DNA from: Octopus sinensis
Lineage: Eukaryota
Length of the DNA: 64,000 bases
Direction: 5' to 3'
NCBI RefSeq assembly: GCF_006345805.1
Contig: NC_043004.1
Span: forward strand, 95,914,001-95,978,000
The translations under genes and the position numbers were made by a program. This document shows, in pieces, positions 11,554-22,140 of this stretch; positions within the stretch are counted from its first letter, which is position 1, and each line of letters starts with the position of its first letter. The notes beneath the pieces were generated by a model that had not been told where the DNA came from, ran no database searches, and saw only the letters and a program-made list of their open reading frames with translations.

Positions 11554-11645
11554 CACCTCTGATGAGCGGAAGTATTGCCTATCAATGTGTATCAATCATG
11601 GATTCCATTATAATGACAATACTTTTGCGAAACGATGGTAAGATG
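11554..11645 (+). ncRNA. Type I hammerhead ribozyme motif with long helix II
   Basis: CACCT CTGATGA GCGGAAGTATTG..CAATACTTTTGC GAAA CGATGG TA AGATG. 12-bp helix II, and one mismatch each in helices I and III. Confidence 0.7.
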
Positions 11646-11920
11646 CATTAATTACCTAACTGTTAAACCGTCATATTTCATATATTTACGTATATTTTTA
11701 ATACACTTTTATTTTAAAGATACATACTTTAGTGAAAAATTTTTCGATATTAATTTTCATGCTAATATTTCAAAGTACAGTATATATAATCACTTGTATT
11801 AAATGTCTAAATATTTTATATTATTAATAATTGTGAAACTTATATACAAAGAACACTCATTTTAAATTCAGTATATAATATTCTCACAGAATATATTTAA
11901 TTAATGATATATATGTATGT

Positions 11921-11995
<75 letters not shown>

Positions 11996-12004
11996 TGTGT
12001 GTGG

Positions 12005-12250
12005 TGGGGAGCATGTGGCTTAATGGTTAGGGTGTCAGCACCATGATTGTATGATTGTGGTTTGGATTCCTGGACCGGGCGTCGCGTTGTGTTCTTGAGC
12101 AAAACACTACATTTCACGTTGCTCCAGTCCACTCAGCAGGCAAAAATGAGTAATGCTACGATGGACTCACGTCCCATCCAGCTGGGGAATATATACACCA
12201 TAGAAACTGGGAAACCGAGCCCATGAGCCTGGCTAGGCTTTAAAAGGGCA
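12005..12250 (+). mobile_element. tRNA-derived SINE related to family C
   Basis: A box TGGCTTAATGG, B-box-like GGTTTGGATTCC, then GTTGTGTTCTTGAGCAAAACACT as at 17599. Confidence 0.65.
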
Positions 12251-12284
12251 CATTTATTTTTTCATTTTACTATATATATATATA

Positions 12285-12665
12285 TAGGTGCAGTAGTGGC
12301 TGTGTGGTAAGTAGCTTGCTAACCAACCACATGGTTCTGGGTTCAGTCCCACTGCATGGCACCTTGGGCAAGTGTCTTCTACTATAGCCTCTGGCTGACC
12401 AATGCCTTGTGAGTGGATTTGGTAGACGGAAACTGAAAGAAGCCCGTTGTATATATGTATATATATATGTGTGTGTGTGTATGTTTGTGTGTGTGTGTTT
12501 GTCAAGCATTGCTTGACAACCGATGCTGGTGTGTTTACATCCCCGTAACTTAGAGTCTGATAGAATAAGTACTGGGCTTACAAAGAATAAGTCCTGGGGT
12601 CGATTTGCTCGACTAAAGGCGGTGCTCCAGCATGGCCGCAGTCAAGTGACTGAAACAAGTAAAAA
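12285..12665 (+). mobile_element. SINE family B
   Basis: GGTGCAGTAGTGGCTGTGTGGTAAGTAG..GGTTCAGTCCC..CTTGGGCAAGTGTCTT..GAAACAAGTAAAA. Confidence 0.85.
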
Positions 12666-12708
12666 AAAAATATATATATTATATATAATATATATAATAT
12701 ATATATTA

Positions 12709-13085
12709 TAGGCGCAGGAGTGGCTGTGTGGTAAGTAGCTTGCTAACCAACCACACGGTTGCGGGTTCAGTCCCACTGCGTGGCATCTTGGGCAAGTGTC
12801 TTCTGCTATAGCCCCGGGCCGACCAATGCCTTGTGAGTGGATTTGGTAGACGGAAACTGAAAGAAGCCTGTCGTATATATGTATATATATATGTATGCGT
12901 GTGTTTGTGTGTCTGTGTTTGTCCCCCTAGCATTGCTTGACAACCGATGCTGGTGTATTTAGGTCCCCGCCACTTAGCGGTTCGGCAAAAAGAGACCGAT
13001 AGAATAAGTACTAAAAGGTGGTGCTCCAGCATGGCCGCAGTCAAATGACTGAAACAAGTAAAAGAGTAAAAGAGTAAAGAGTATA
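12709..13085 (+). mobile_element. SINE family B
   Basis: Near full-length copy with (TAAAAGAG)n tail. Confidence 0.9.
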
Positions 13086-13104
13086 TATATATCCTACAGC
13101 AGAA

Positions 13105-13500
13105 TGTTAAGACCGATTCTGCTGGTGATGTAAAGCACTCATAGCAGTGCTGCATAAAAGTACATGTGCAGTGACATGAAAAGTGCCTGTGCAGTGCTGT
13201 GTGAAAGCATCCATGTGGTGTCTTTTAAAAGTGCTCCATGTCGTTTCAGCTAAAAGTGCCCATATGGAATCACCTAAAAGTGCCTGTGCAGTGTTACATA
13301 AAAGCACCTGTGTGGTGCCACGTGAAAAACGCAGCGCACTCTGTAAAATGGTTGGCATTAAGAAAGGCATCCAGCCATAGAAACCAATGCGAAATTAGAC
13401 TGGAGTCTAGTGCAGCTCCCCAACTTGCCAGCTCTGGTCAAACTGTTTAACCCATGCCAGCATGGATAACAAAAGATAAATGATGATGATGATGATGATG
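13105..13500 (+). mobile_element. RTE-type 3' tail with degenerate internal tandem repeats
   Basis: Repeated AAAGTGCCTGTGCAGTG units, then GGCATCCAGC..CCCATGCCAGCATGGA and (GAT)n. Confidence 0.7.
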
Positions 13501-13563
13501 ATGAGGAGGAGGAGGATATATAAGGCTTTTATATTGGTTCAGTCAGTTCCCTTGCTAATCTTG

Positions 13564-13645
13564 CTGCTCTGGAGTTTCAGCTCTATTTACTGGTTCATTA
13601 GGCAGTTGATGATCCTGTAAGTACACAGGTGAAACTCCAGAGTAG
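13564..13645. other. 82-nt imperfect hairpin in unique sequence
   Basis: CTGCTCTGGAGTTTCA / TGAAACTCCAGAGTAG form a 16-bp basal stem; pairing extends with mismatches to ~30 bp. Confidence 0.6.
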
Positions 13646-13777
13646 GATGAAATTGTCTATACCAAAGTAAAAATATTACTAGTCTCTACAATGGTATTGA
13701 GTACTTTTCTTCCCTTTTGACAGGCAACACACACACATGGATAGATAGATAGATAGGTAAATAAATAGATAGATAAC

Positions 13778-13825
<48 letters not shown>

Positions 13826-14402
13826 AAGATAGTTAGCAAGATGCATGGACTGCTATGTTAGCATCTGAGTAGTTTTTGTTGGTGCCCATCAGCAAAGGAT
13901 GTAAACACAAGAGAAAATAAAAACCGGTGCTCCTTTAAGTGAAGTCTCTAACAATATTTGTTCCTCAGTGACTTAGAGACACTTCCTTGTCACTCTGTCC
14001 ATCAAAAATGCAGTGAACCAATCATTGGTCCACTGCAAACCTGTAACCAATGACACCGTTGTTCACCAGTTGTGATATAAAGTAAAATGAAATAAATAAA
14101 TAAAAAAATAAATAAGAAAACTAAAATAAGTTGAAAGTAACTTCACTTCCTCCAATTTTCCTGAATTTTCCTGAGTGAGGTAAGTCTGGTGGAAAGTTAA
14201 ATGGACTGAATTTTAGAAACACATCACTGAAGAACTAAATAAATATGTTAAACCATTACTTTAGCTTGGCTTAAAATACCACGCTTTTATGCATCTTTCT
14301 CACTACTTCTCACTCTCTCTTTCTCCTTTCTCTTTCTCGCTCTCTCTTTATGTATCTATCTCTCTATCTATCTGTCTGTCTGTCTGTCTATCTGTATGTA
14401 TG

Positions 14403-14439
<37 letters not shown>

Positions 14440-15261
14440 ATATATATATATACATACATATATATATAAATATATATATATATATACATATATATATACA
14501 GAGAGAGAGGGGGGAGAGACAGAGATTCAGTGCAAGTCACACACACACCCATATAATATGCATACATACATACATACATACATACATACATACATTATAT
14601 ATGCCTTTATTTTTTTCAACCTGTCAGTTATGTTTCTCTTCCTTCATTTTCCTTTTCACTACGGCTATCTCATTTTCTTTTTGCACTCATATATTCTTCT
14701 CCTCTCTATTTCTCTCTCTCACTCTCACTCCCTCACTCATTACAGACATCCTTCAAATTTATTGCAATGTCATAAAAATTAACACAGTTTTCAAGCACTA
14801 ACTGACTCTTGAAAAAAAAAAGGCAGCAAAGGAGTACTGATGCAGTCATTGACGTGCAGAAAAAAAGAGCAATCAAATCTGTCTCAAATCCCACACAAGT
14901 ATCTTACGCATTGTATAATGTATTCCTGACAAATAAATTGGATGGTCACTGCTGAAATGCTTTTGATCATAGGTTTGCTTCATCAGGGTTGACTTGGGGA
15001 TGCATAACATCAACAACTTGTAAAAAAAAGGCATAAATACATCTCACAACAGATTATCTGCCAGATATATGGAATGAAATAATAGAGTCAGATAACATAC
15101 ACAGACAAATATTGTATATTACATCCAGAACAGGAACACTTTCTACTTCAAATGCAAGCCTATACTCACCTGTGTTTGCAAACCCTAATTGTTGTTCTGT
15201 AGAGCTAGTCTTCTATATTCAATCTCTTAATAGCATCATTACCGACAATTCTTCAAAGTGA

Positions 15262-15444
15262 AAGCACCAGGCTTACAACGGCATAAATATTGATGCTAAA
15301 TGCATAGCTTTTAGCATAGACATAGTTGATAGAACAGAAAGACTAGACACTTTTAATAGCCTAATTGCCATTAAAGACCATAAAAATAGCTTTAGATTCA
15401 ACGGTTTATGTATGTTAAGAAATCCTGCCAAACTAAGTGAGGTC
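15262..15444 (+). mobile_element. Penelope-like element ORF relic (region N-terminal to the RT core)
   Basis: Open frame KHQAYNGINIDAKCIAFSIDIVDRTERLDTFNSLIAIKDHKNSFRFNGLCMLRNPAKLSEV matches the PLE pattern IN.EAK.IA..L...DR.E..ITLKDHK.NF....CRLINPAK. Confidence 0.7.
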
Positions 15445-15674
15445 TAATCAATACGAAAAATAAGAAAAACAATTCTAAACATTGGCTGTGTGGTAAGAGG
15501 TTTGTTTCCAAATGGTTCTGAGTTCAGAAAGCTTCCAACTATAACTGCAGGCTGACCAAAGCCTTGTGAGTGAATTTGATAAATGGAAACCGAAAAGAAA
15601 CCCACTATATATATCATCATCATCATCATCATCATCGTTTAACGTCCGCTTTCCGATGATGCTGATGATGATGA

Positions 15675-15722
<48 letters not shown>

Positions 15723-16279
15723 TAGATAAACTTAGATATGTTTCGACCAAAGAGTGGTCCAGGCCATGTCTAACTTAATAGCACCACCTGATTATAGCAC
15801 CACCCTGATATATATATGATGATAATGATGATGATGATCGTGAATTATATTTGCCACTTAAATGTGGCTAACTCTTAAGGGTGGATGCTACTCTAGCTTG
15901 TTCATTCATGGTTTGGGATTTTGACTGCTCTTTTTAGCATGTAAGAAGATAACATAGTGGTCTTCTCTCCATGAATAGATTTTATACACTTGTATATATG
16001 TATTTTGTATGTTTGTATGTATGTATGTATGTATGTATGTATGTATGTATGTATGTATGTATGTACATTTGTATGAATTGATTGATTGATTGATTCTAGT
16101 TTCAGCTCACGAGCTGTGGCCATGTTGGGGCACCGCCATTTGGTGTTGCTACATTGTTTTACTTCACGAATGCTTGTGAATGTATGTTTGTATGTATGAA
16201 TGTGTGTATGCTGCCTCATGGAAGGAGTTAGAAGGATTGAAAGCTCTCCATCAAAGGAATGCAGATAACAAAACCAAAT

Positions 16280-16643
16280 TCACATTTTAAACTTGAGAAA
16301 AGTCTTGCATATTGTTACTATTCCCCTATTTGATTGCACTTGCAATGTGTAAGGTGGCTGGCTGATTTCTATTTCAGGAAATCCTTGCTTGCTCAAATTA
16401 TCACTTAGAGTTTTACTCACAAAACCAAATGCACCAGTTATTAATGGTGTAAATATGAGATTATAATCAGGATATAGAAGCTGGAGGTCTTGAAATAGTT
16501 GTTCATAGTTATTCTCTTTCTCCTTGATGTTGTGCAGCTGACCTCCATCACAATGTGTTCTTTTTCTTGTTTGTCCCAAACCACAACATCCAGCCTTTAA
16601 CATTTACACCTGACAGAAGTTTTGATGGAAATTTTCCATCAAT
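16280..16643 (-). mobile_element. R4/Dong-type non-LTR retrotransposon, restriction-like endonuclease C-terminus (3' part of a split relic)
   Basis: Y*WKISIKTSVRCKC*RLDVVVWDKQEKEHIVMEVSC, then after a frameshift IKEKENNYEQLFQDLQLLYPDYNLIFTPLITGAFGFV..IVTICKTFLKFKM*. Confidence 0.75.
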
Positions 16644-16650
16644 ATATATA

Positions 16651-17430
16651 TACTAGCAGCATAGCCCGGCGTTGCCCGGTATGTAAGAAACTTTGTCAAT
16701 AAGCAATGCACTTTACCTTTTTACCCTTTTTTGTACTCATTGAACCGTTATTTTGTAAAATGAAGCCTAAAAGACATTAAGGCATTTAAGGCACCGTTCC
16801 CTTGCATGCATGAAGAAGTCGGGAAAATCTATGTGAACTTTCAAAAAATATCGCAGAAAGATCGGTTTGCTATGTGTGCCACATATGATGTAATTAACCG
16901 ATTTTTTTCCAGTAATAACGTATCCTATTGGAATCAAAAGGGCCATATAGCTCCTTGGAGCAGACATGATGCTCGCTGTGAATTTCAAAAAAAATTCCTG
17001 CCAATTTGTTAAAGATATTGTCGAAAATATGTCATCTTGAATTTGAACACGATTTCCCAAAATGGCATGATTTTATCGATTTTTTCTGATGGTAAGGTAT
17101 TGCATGGAAAACTAACGACAGAATTAAGTTCCTTAGGGTAACATTAAGCTTCACCATGAGTTTGGTGAAAATCGATTGCATGTTGCGAAAACTACAACGG
17201 AAAACGTGTTGCATATGATAAGCTTAGATTCTAGACTCCATGTCGAATTTATCGATTTTTTTCAGAACTGGGGGAACTTTTCAAAATTTTCGCTGCATTA
17301 GTTTTGAATTATGACATTGGGCTATGTGTGTGTCAAGTTTCATCAGAATCGGTTGAAAGCCGTGGTCAGGGTGAGGGTACAACCTGACAGACACACAGAC
17401 AGACAACTTGCCTTTTATATATATAGAGAT
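16651..17430 (+). mobile_element. Helentron/Helitron-like non-autonomous element
   Basis: Starts TACTAGCAGCATAGCCCGGCGTTGCCCGG and ends CTTGCCTTTTATATATATAGAGAT. Inserted into the R4-type LINE. Confidence 0.7.
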
Positions 17431-17598
17431 ACAGATTGGATTTAGGTGTGTAGTTATGATTGGGTTAATTTCTTACTTGAAGTTGGTACACTTTGAGGTA
17501 TGTTGGAGAACCATGGCTTGATTGCACACAGTTTTTGTCATTTTTCCTTCAGCTGATTGGTTTTCTTAATAACAATAATTTACAGTGTGTAGTGAAGG

Positions 17599-17933
17599 TG
17601 CATGGCTCAGTGGTTAGAGTGTGGAGCTTACAATCGTGAGGTTGTGAGCTCGAATCCCGGACCGGGCTGCGTGTTGTGTTCTTGAGCAGGACACTTTATT
17701 TCACGTTGCTCCAGTTCACTCAGCTGTTGAAATGACTTGCGACATCACAGGTGCCAAGCTGTATCGGCCCCTTTGCCTTTCCCTTGGATAACACTGGTGG
17801 TGTGGAGAGGAGAGGCTAGTATGCATGGGTGACTGCTGGTCTTCCATAAACAACCTTGCCTGGACTTGTGCCTGGGAGGGTAACTTTCTATGTGCAATCC
17901 CATGGTCAGTGTCGTGACTGAAGGGGGTCTCTC
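17599..17933 (+). mobile_element. tRNA-derived SINE family C with 8-bp TSD
   Basis: A box TGGCTCAGTGG, B box GCTCGAATCCC, TSD AGTGAAGG at 17591-17598 and 17934-17941. Confidence 0.9.
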
Positions 17934-17998
17934 AGTGAAGGCAATTTATTGTGACACCAACATTAGTGAGGTTGTTTTGTGAACTGCAAGGCAAAAGA

Positions 17999-18340
17999 AT
18001 CTTCATTGCTCTTGTGTATGTATTCAATAACAGGGTGATTCTCTTTATTTATTTCAAAACAGTCTTTTTCTGAATGGAACTGTATATTGTTTTAATGTCA
18101 ACATCAAGTTGCATAGGGAAGTAATATCTTCATGACATTTTGGGGCAGCTGCTAATCACATGTGTGATGCCTTCCACAGAAATATGACAAAATCTGCATT
18201 TTTCCTGAAGCTCTAAGGGTTTCACCGGTTCTTTTTTTTTATGAGATATTTCTTAGCAATCTCCTGTTCTTGAATTGCAAATGCATAACCCTTCAAAGTG
18301 TGATGTGATGTAACAGTCACAAATCCAAGAGAGGCTGCAC
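17999..18340 (-). mobile_element. R4/Dong-type non-LTR retrotransposon, zinc-knuckle region (5' part of the split relic)
   Basis: SLSW..YITSHFEG/YAFAIQEQEIAKKYL..KCRFCHISVEGITHVISSCPKMS*RYY (CCHC knuckle), ending IEYIHKSNED, which joins Y*WKISIKT at 16643. Confidence 0.8.
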
Positions 18341-18370
18341 CTTATGTTGATATGTATGTAAGTATATGTA

Positions 18371-18648
18371 CGCAGTGGTATCAAAAAGTTCCTGGACGAG
18401 TTCTGTAGTGCACCAACAGATGGCAACACATAGCTGCAGGCATATTGAAGCTAGCAGTGACGTTCATGAGGCAGTATGCTGAGTGACATCACTATATTTA
18501 TTTCACATGTTGTGAAATTTGTGTTATTGTGATCATGTGTATGTTGTAATATGCAATTTTGTCAGGGATGGGAAGTTGGAACAAAGAACCAACATGAAAT
18601 TTTGCATTAAACTTGGGAAGTCTGCTGCAGAGACGTTGAGCATGACCC
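18371..18648 (+). mobile_element. Mariner 5' fragment
   Basis: TA followed by TIR-like CGCAGTGGTATCAAAAAGTTCC; encodes KLEQRTNMKFCIKLGKSAAETLSM. Confidence 0.75.
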
Positions 18649-18649
18649 T

Positions 18650-18890
18650 CATTTTAGCTCAGTTTGCCTAAGCGAGCAGGTTTTCCCAAAGAAGGTTTTC
18701 TCAGATTACTGCCATCAATCACAGTCCTCTGTAATGTCTTCTGTGAGGATCCCCATCTGAAGATCAATCTTCCTAACTTTGTCATATCGTCTTGAGTTAC
18801 TGTGTTCTCCAAACTCTTTCCACTTTGAGTGTCCTCCAATTTGTACAGCAATCATCTTTCACCATACACATAATATACTAATACCAGTTT
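18650..18890 (-). mobile_element. Decayed RTE ORF C-terminus
   Basis: ARRLNWY*YIMCMVKDDCCTNWRTLKVE aligns with the C-terminal part of the RTE at 24140-24360. Confidence 0.55.
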
Positions 18891-18947
18891 AATCTTCTTG
18901 CATACATCTGATTCCTTTCATAACTAATTTGGTTAGGAACATTATTA

Positions 18948-19365
18948 TTACATTATTTACATTATTTATATTTGACAGATATTTGTCCTTATCTTGTTTG
19001 TTGTTAACACAGCATTATGGTTGATATGCCCTCCAGCCTTCATCAGGTGTTTTGGGGAAATTTTGAACCTGGCATATGGCATAGTGGTTAAGAGTGCGGG
19101 CTACTAGTCTGAGTTCGATTCCAAGCAGTGACCTGAATAATAATAATAATCATAAGGCACCAAAAGAAAATGACTCTCCCCAGACACAACAGAATAATAA
19201 TAATAATATCGAAAAATACCTTAGGAATGAGAACCCAGGTTCAAAATTACCCCAAGACACCTGATGAAGCCTGGATGGTATATCAGCTGAAACAGGTTAA
19301 CAACAAACAAGATGAGGACAAATATCCATCAAATATAAATAATGTAAATATTGTACATAATTCCT
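18948..19365 (+). mobile_element. tRNA-headed SINE with hammerhead-bearing tail, preceded by an inverted copy of that tail
   Basis: A box TGGCATAGTGG and B box GAGTTCGATTCC (19071-19135), (AAT)n, tail GACAC CTGATGA A GCCTG..CAGCT GAAA (19254-19300). Inverted tail at 18948-19072. Confidence 0.7.
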
Positions 19366-19456
19366 CATCTCTTAAATATAGAACTGTACATTATCATTAT
19401 TATTATTATCATTATTATTATTATTATTATTATTACTATTATTACTATTATTATTA

Positions 19457-19491
<35 letters not shown>

Positions 19492-19549
19492 TTTATTATA
19501 CCTGCAACATAGCATGTGCTTTGCATTTTTTGTGACTTTTGCGACTTTT

Positions 19550-20110
19550 TTTCAGTCAACATCCACATTTTTCACCAACGTATGGCAACATACTTTTTAC
19601 TGAATTATAACGCAACCTGCTCTTCACTTTGTGATAGAAACAACTCCATTCTCATTCTGGCAACTGTGATTTTAGAACAGCAACCCTTTCGATACTAATT
19701 TGGTCACCAAGCCTCCATAAACTGACAACTGCATCTAATGAGTTTCTGGGCACTGGAAAGAATCTATTTCTTGTGTACTTATAATGTTTATTACTACTGT
19801 GTATCTCTGAAATTCCATTTGTGCGACTAGCACAAGACCACTCTCCTCCACTGCTCCATTGACCCAAATACCTGGGTGCCAATCACCAAGGACTGTCCAA
19901 AGTGGCAGCATGTCGTCATCAAGGGAACAGACCAGAGGGAAAATAAAAGACGTCAAGAGGCAGAGATTAGACATTAGAAATGCATAGAGTGACCTACATT
20001 ACCTTATCCTCCACCACCCCTCCCCTAGGATCAATCCGCTCCCTCTGGCTCTTCTATACAGCCACCTCAGGCACCAGCACCCTTTGCATCCATCAAGATG
20101 AAGAGGCTCA
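19550..20110 (+). mobile_element. RTE-BovB-like LINE 3' relic
   Basis: HIFHQR..ILEQQ..FGH, then IDPNTWVPITKDCPKWQHVVIKG..ENKRRQEAE and LLYSHLRH. Confidence 0.6.
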
Positions 20111-20184
20111 GCCACTTGCTGCTGATTCACTATTCCAAAATAAGTTAATGCTGACGGTGACAATGATTGTGCACTACCCACATA

Positions 20185-20490
20185 CGAGGTCTGATCCGGA
20201 CTGTTGCCATAGTAACGAAGCTAAAGCATGCAGAGTAAAGTTGCTTGTCAAAGACTGACCTTGAACTTTGCTGTGCATGTGCACTACGGTTTAACGTTCT
20301 AGATTGCTTCTGCTATTTACAGCAGTGCTTGGAAGGAAGGTGTGTAGTGTGTGATTGTCACATTGACCATGACAGAGAAAGATGTCATGGTGATATCTGC
20401 TTAGAGGCCTACATAAAGTTGCAGAAAGTGCATAGAGAAGAGTGAATGAGTTGCACACAAGTGTACGAGTGGTTCAGATGTTTCCAATCT
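20185..20490 (+). mobile_element. Mariner 5' fragment
   Basis: TA + CGAGGTCTGATC; encodes GDICLEAYIKLQKVHREE*MSCTQVYEWFRCF. Confidence 0.7.
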
Positions 20491-20509
20491 CAGTCCCTTA
20501 GCAACTATA

Positions 20510-20513
20510 CCCA

Positions 20514-20544
<31 letters not shown>

Positions 20545-20837
20545 CGACTATAACGACGATGGTGATGATTATGATGACGATAATGATGACAATGACGCTG
20601 ATGATGTCGATGGTTGTGGTGGTAGTGGTGGTTTAGTGATGATGATTGTAGCGGTGATGGAGGAGGTAGTGATGATGATGCAAATGATGATGGTGATGGA
20701 GATGCTGCCACTGCTACAGCTGCTGCTGCTGCTGATGATGGTGACGACGATGATGATGGGTGTGATAGTCATGGCGGTGATAGTGATAATGACGACAGTC
20801 GTGATGGTGGTAGTGATGATGATGATCATGTTGATGT

Positions 20838-20871
<34 letters not shown>

Positions 20872-20925
20872 GGTGATGGTGGTAGTGGTGGTGGTGGTAG
20901 TGGTGGTGGTGGTGGTAGTAGTTCC
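20510..20925. repeat. Compound (GAT)/(GGT)n trinucleotide microsatellite
   Basis: Direct inspection. Confidence 0.95.
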
Positions 20926-21816
20926 TGTTATAGCTGCAGAAGTAATAGTAAATTAAATCAATTGTCATTGCAAATATACTATACGGCTAAACACACTCAC
21001 ATGTATGATTATTATATCGATTTGATTACATTTCTTAATTGGCTTAATTAATTATTTACCTCTCTCATTATATTTAATGAAAGAGAGTTATACTGAGTGA
21101 CAGAAAGTACAGGAATACCGGCAGGGAAGGGACATTGAGAAATGTGGGAGAATGTGTTGGAATTCAGAGCCAAACACTTAGTTGGGAATATTACATAGAG
21201 TTCTCTGTTCCTCTTAATGATATCACTCTTGTTATCCTTCTCTGCAATCTTGAGAGCTCTGACTAAAATTTTCAGTCATTTGATTGTGGCCATGCTGGAG
21301 CGCTGCCTTTAGTTGACCAAATTGACCCTAGGACTTATTCTTTGAAAGCCCAGTGCTTATTTAATCGGTCTCTTACTTATTTAATGCGTAATTGCTAAGT
21401 TATGGGGAATGTAAACACACCAACATCGGTTGTCAATCGATGGTGGAGGGCACAAGCACAGACACATGCCAACTACCAAATCCACTCTCAAGGCTTTGGT
21501 CAGTACGAGGCTATGGTTGAAGACACTTGCTTGAGGTGCCATGCAGTGGGACTGAACTCGGAACTACGTGGCTAATTAATTCTACCCTTTTTTATTGACA
21601 ATATAATGCTTTCTCCCCAAGAATTTGAACTACAGTTTTGCCTCTGTAGAAATGTACTACTCTTTGACTCACGTGGGTGGACAGGGAGAATAATAGATCT
21701 CATTTGTATTTTTGGATTCGCTAGTACTGGTGGTCTGGCATGGTTTTGTCCGATGTTACATATATCGGACGGGTATGTTTGATTCTTAGTACTTTCAAAT
21801 CTAATCAGAAGAAATC

Positions 21817-21875
21817 TTGAGCTGATGAAGGAATGTTGGCCTTCAATCCACGAATCCAGAACAGGCTGTCCTCGG
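21817..21875 (+). ncRNA. Degenerate hammerhead-like motif
   Basis: TTGAG CTGATGA AGGA..TCC AGAA CAGGCTG TC CTCGG; GAAA box altered. Confidence 0.45.
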
Positions 21876-22140
21876 TATCTTATGGATGTGATCTTCGTTG
21901 TTTTTTTCCATTATACCTATGTGAGTTATTTCTGATTATGCATTGTCTGGGAGACTTTTTCTTGCAGTTGAAGAAATAGCCAAATTTTGGCTGCTATTTC
22001 TAAAAAGCTCGGTGTGTGGTAAAGTAAATTATTTTACTTTACCCTATTTTATAAATATATATATATATACTATATATTATATATATATATATATATTAAT
22101 GTATATATATATATGTATATATTGTATATATATATAATAA

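Noticed and set aside
15126-15215. Perfect minus-strand donor CAG|GTGAGT at ~15170
   Set aside because: No pyrimidine-rich acceptor upstream, and two of three frames close within 40 nt.
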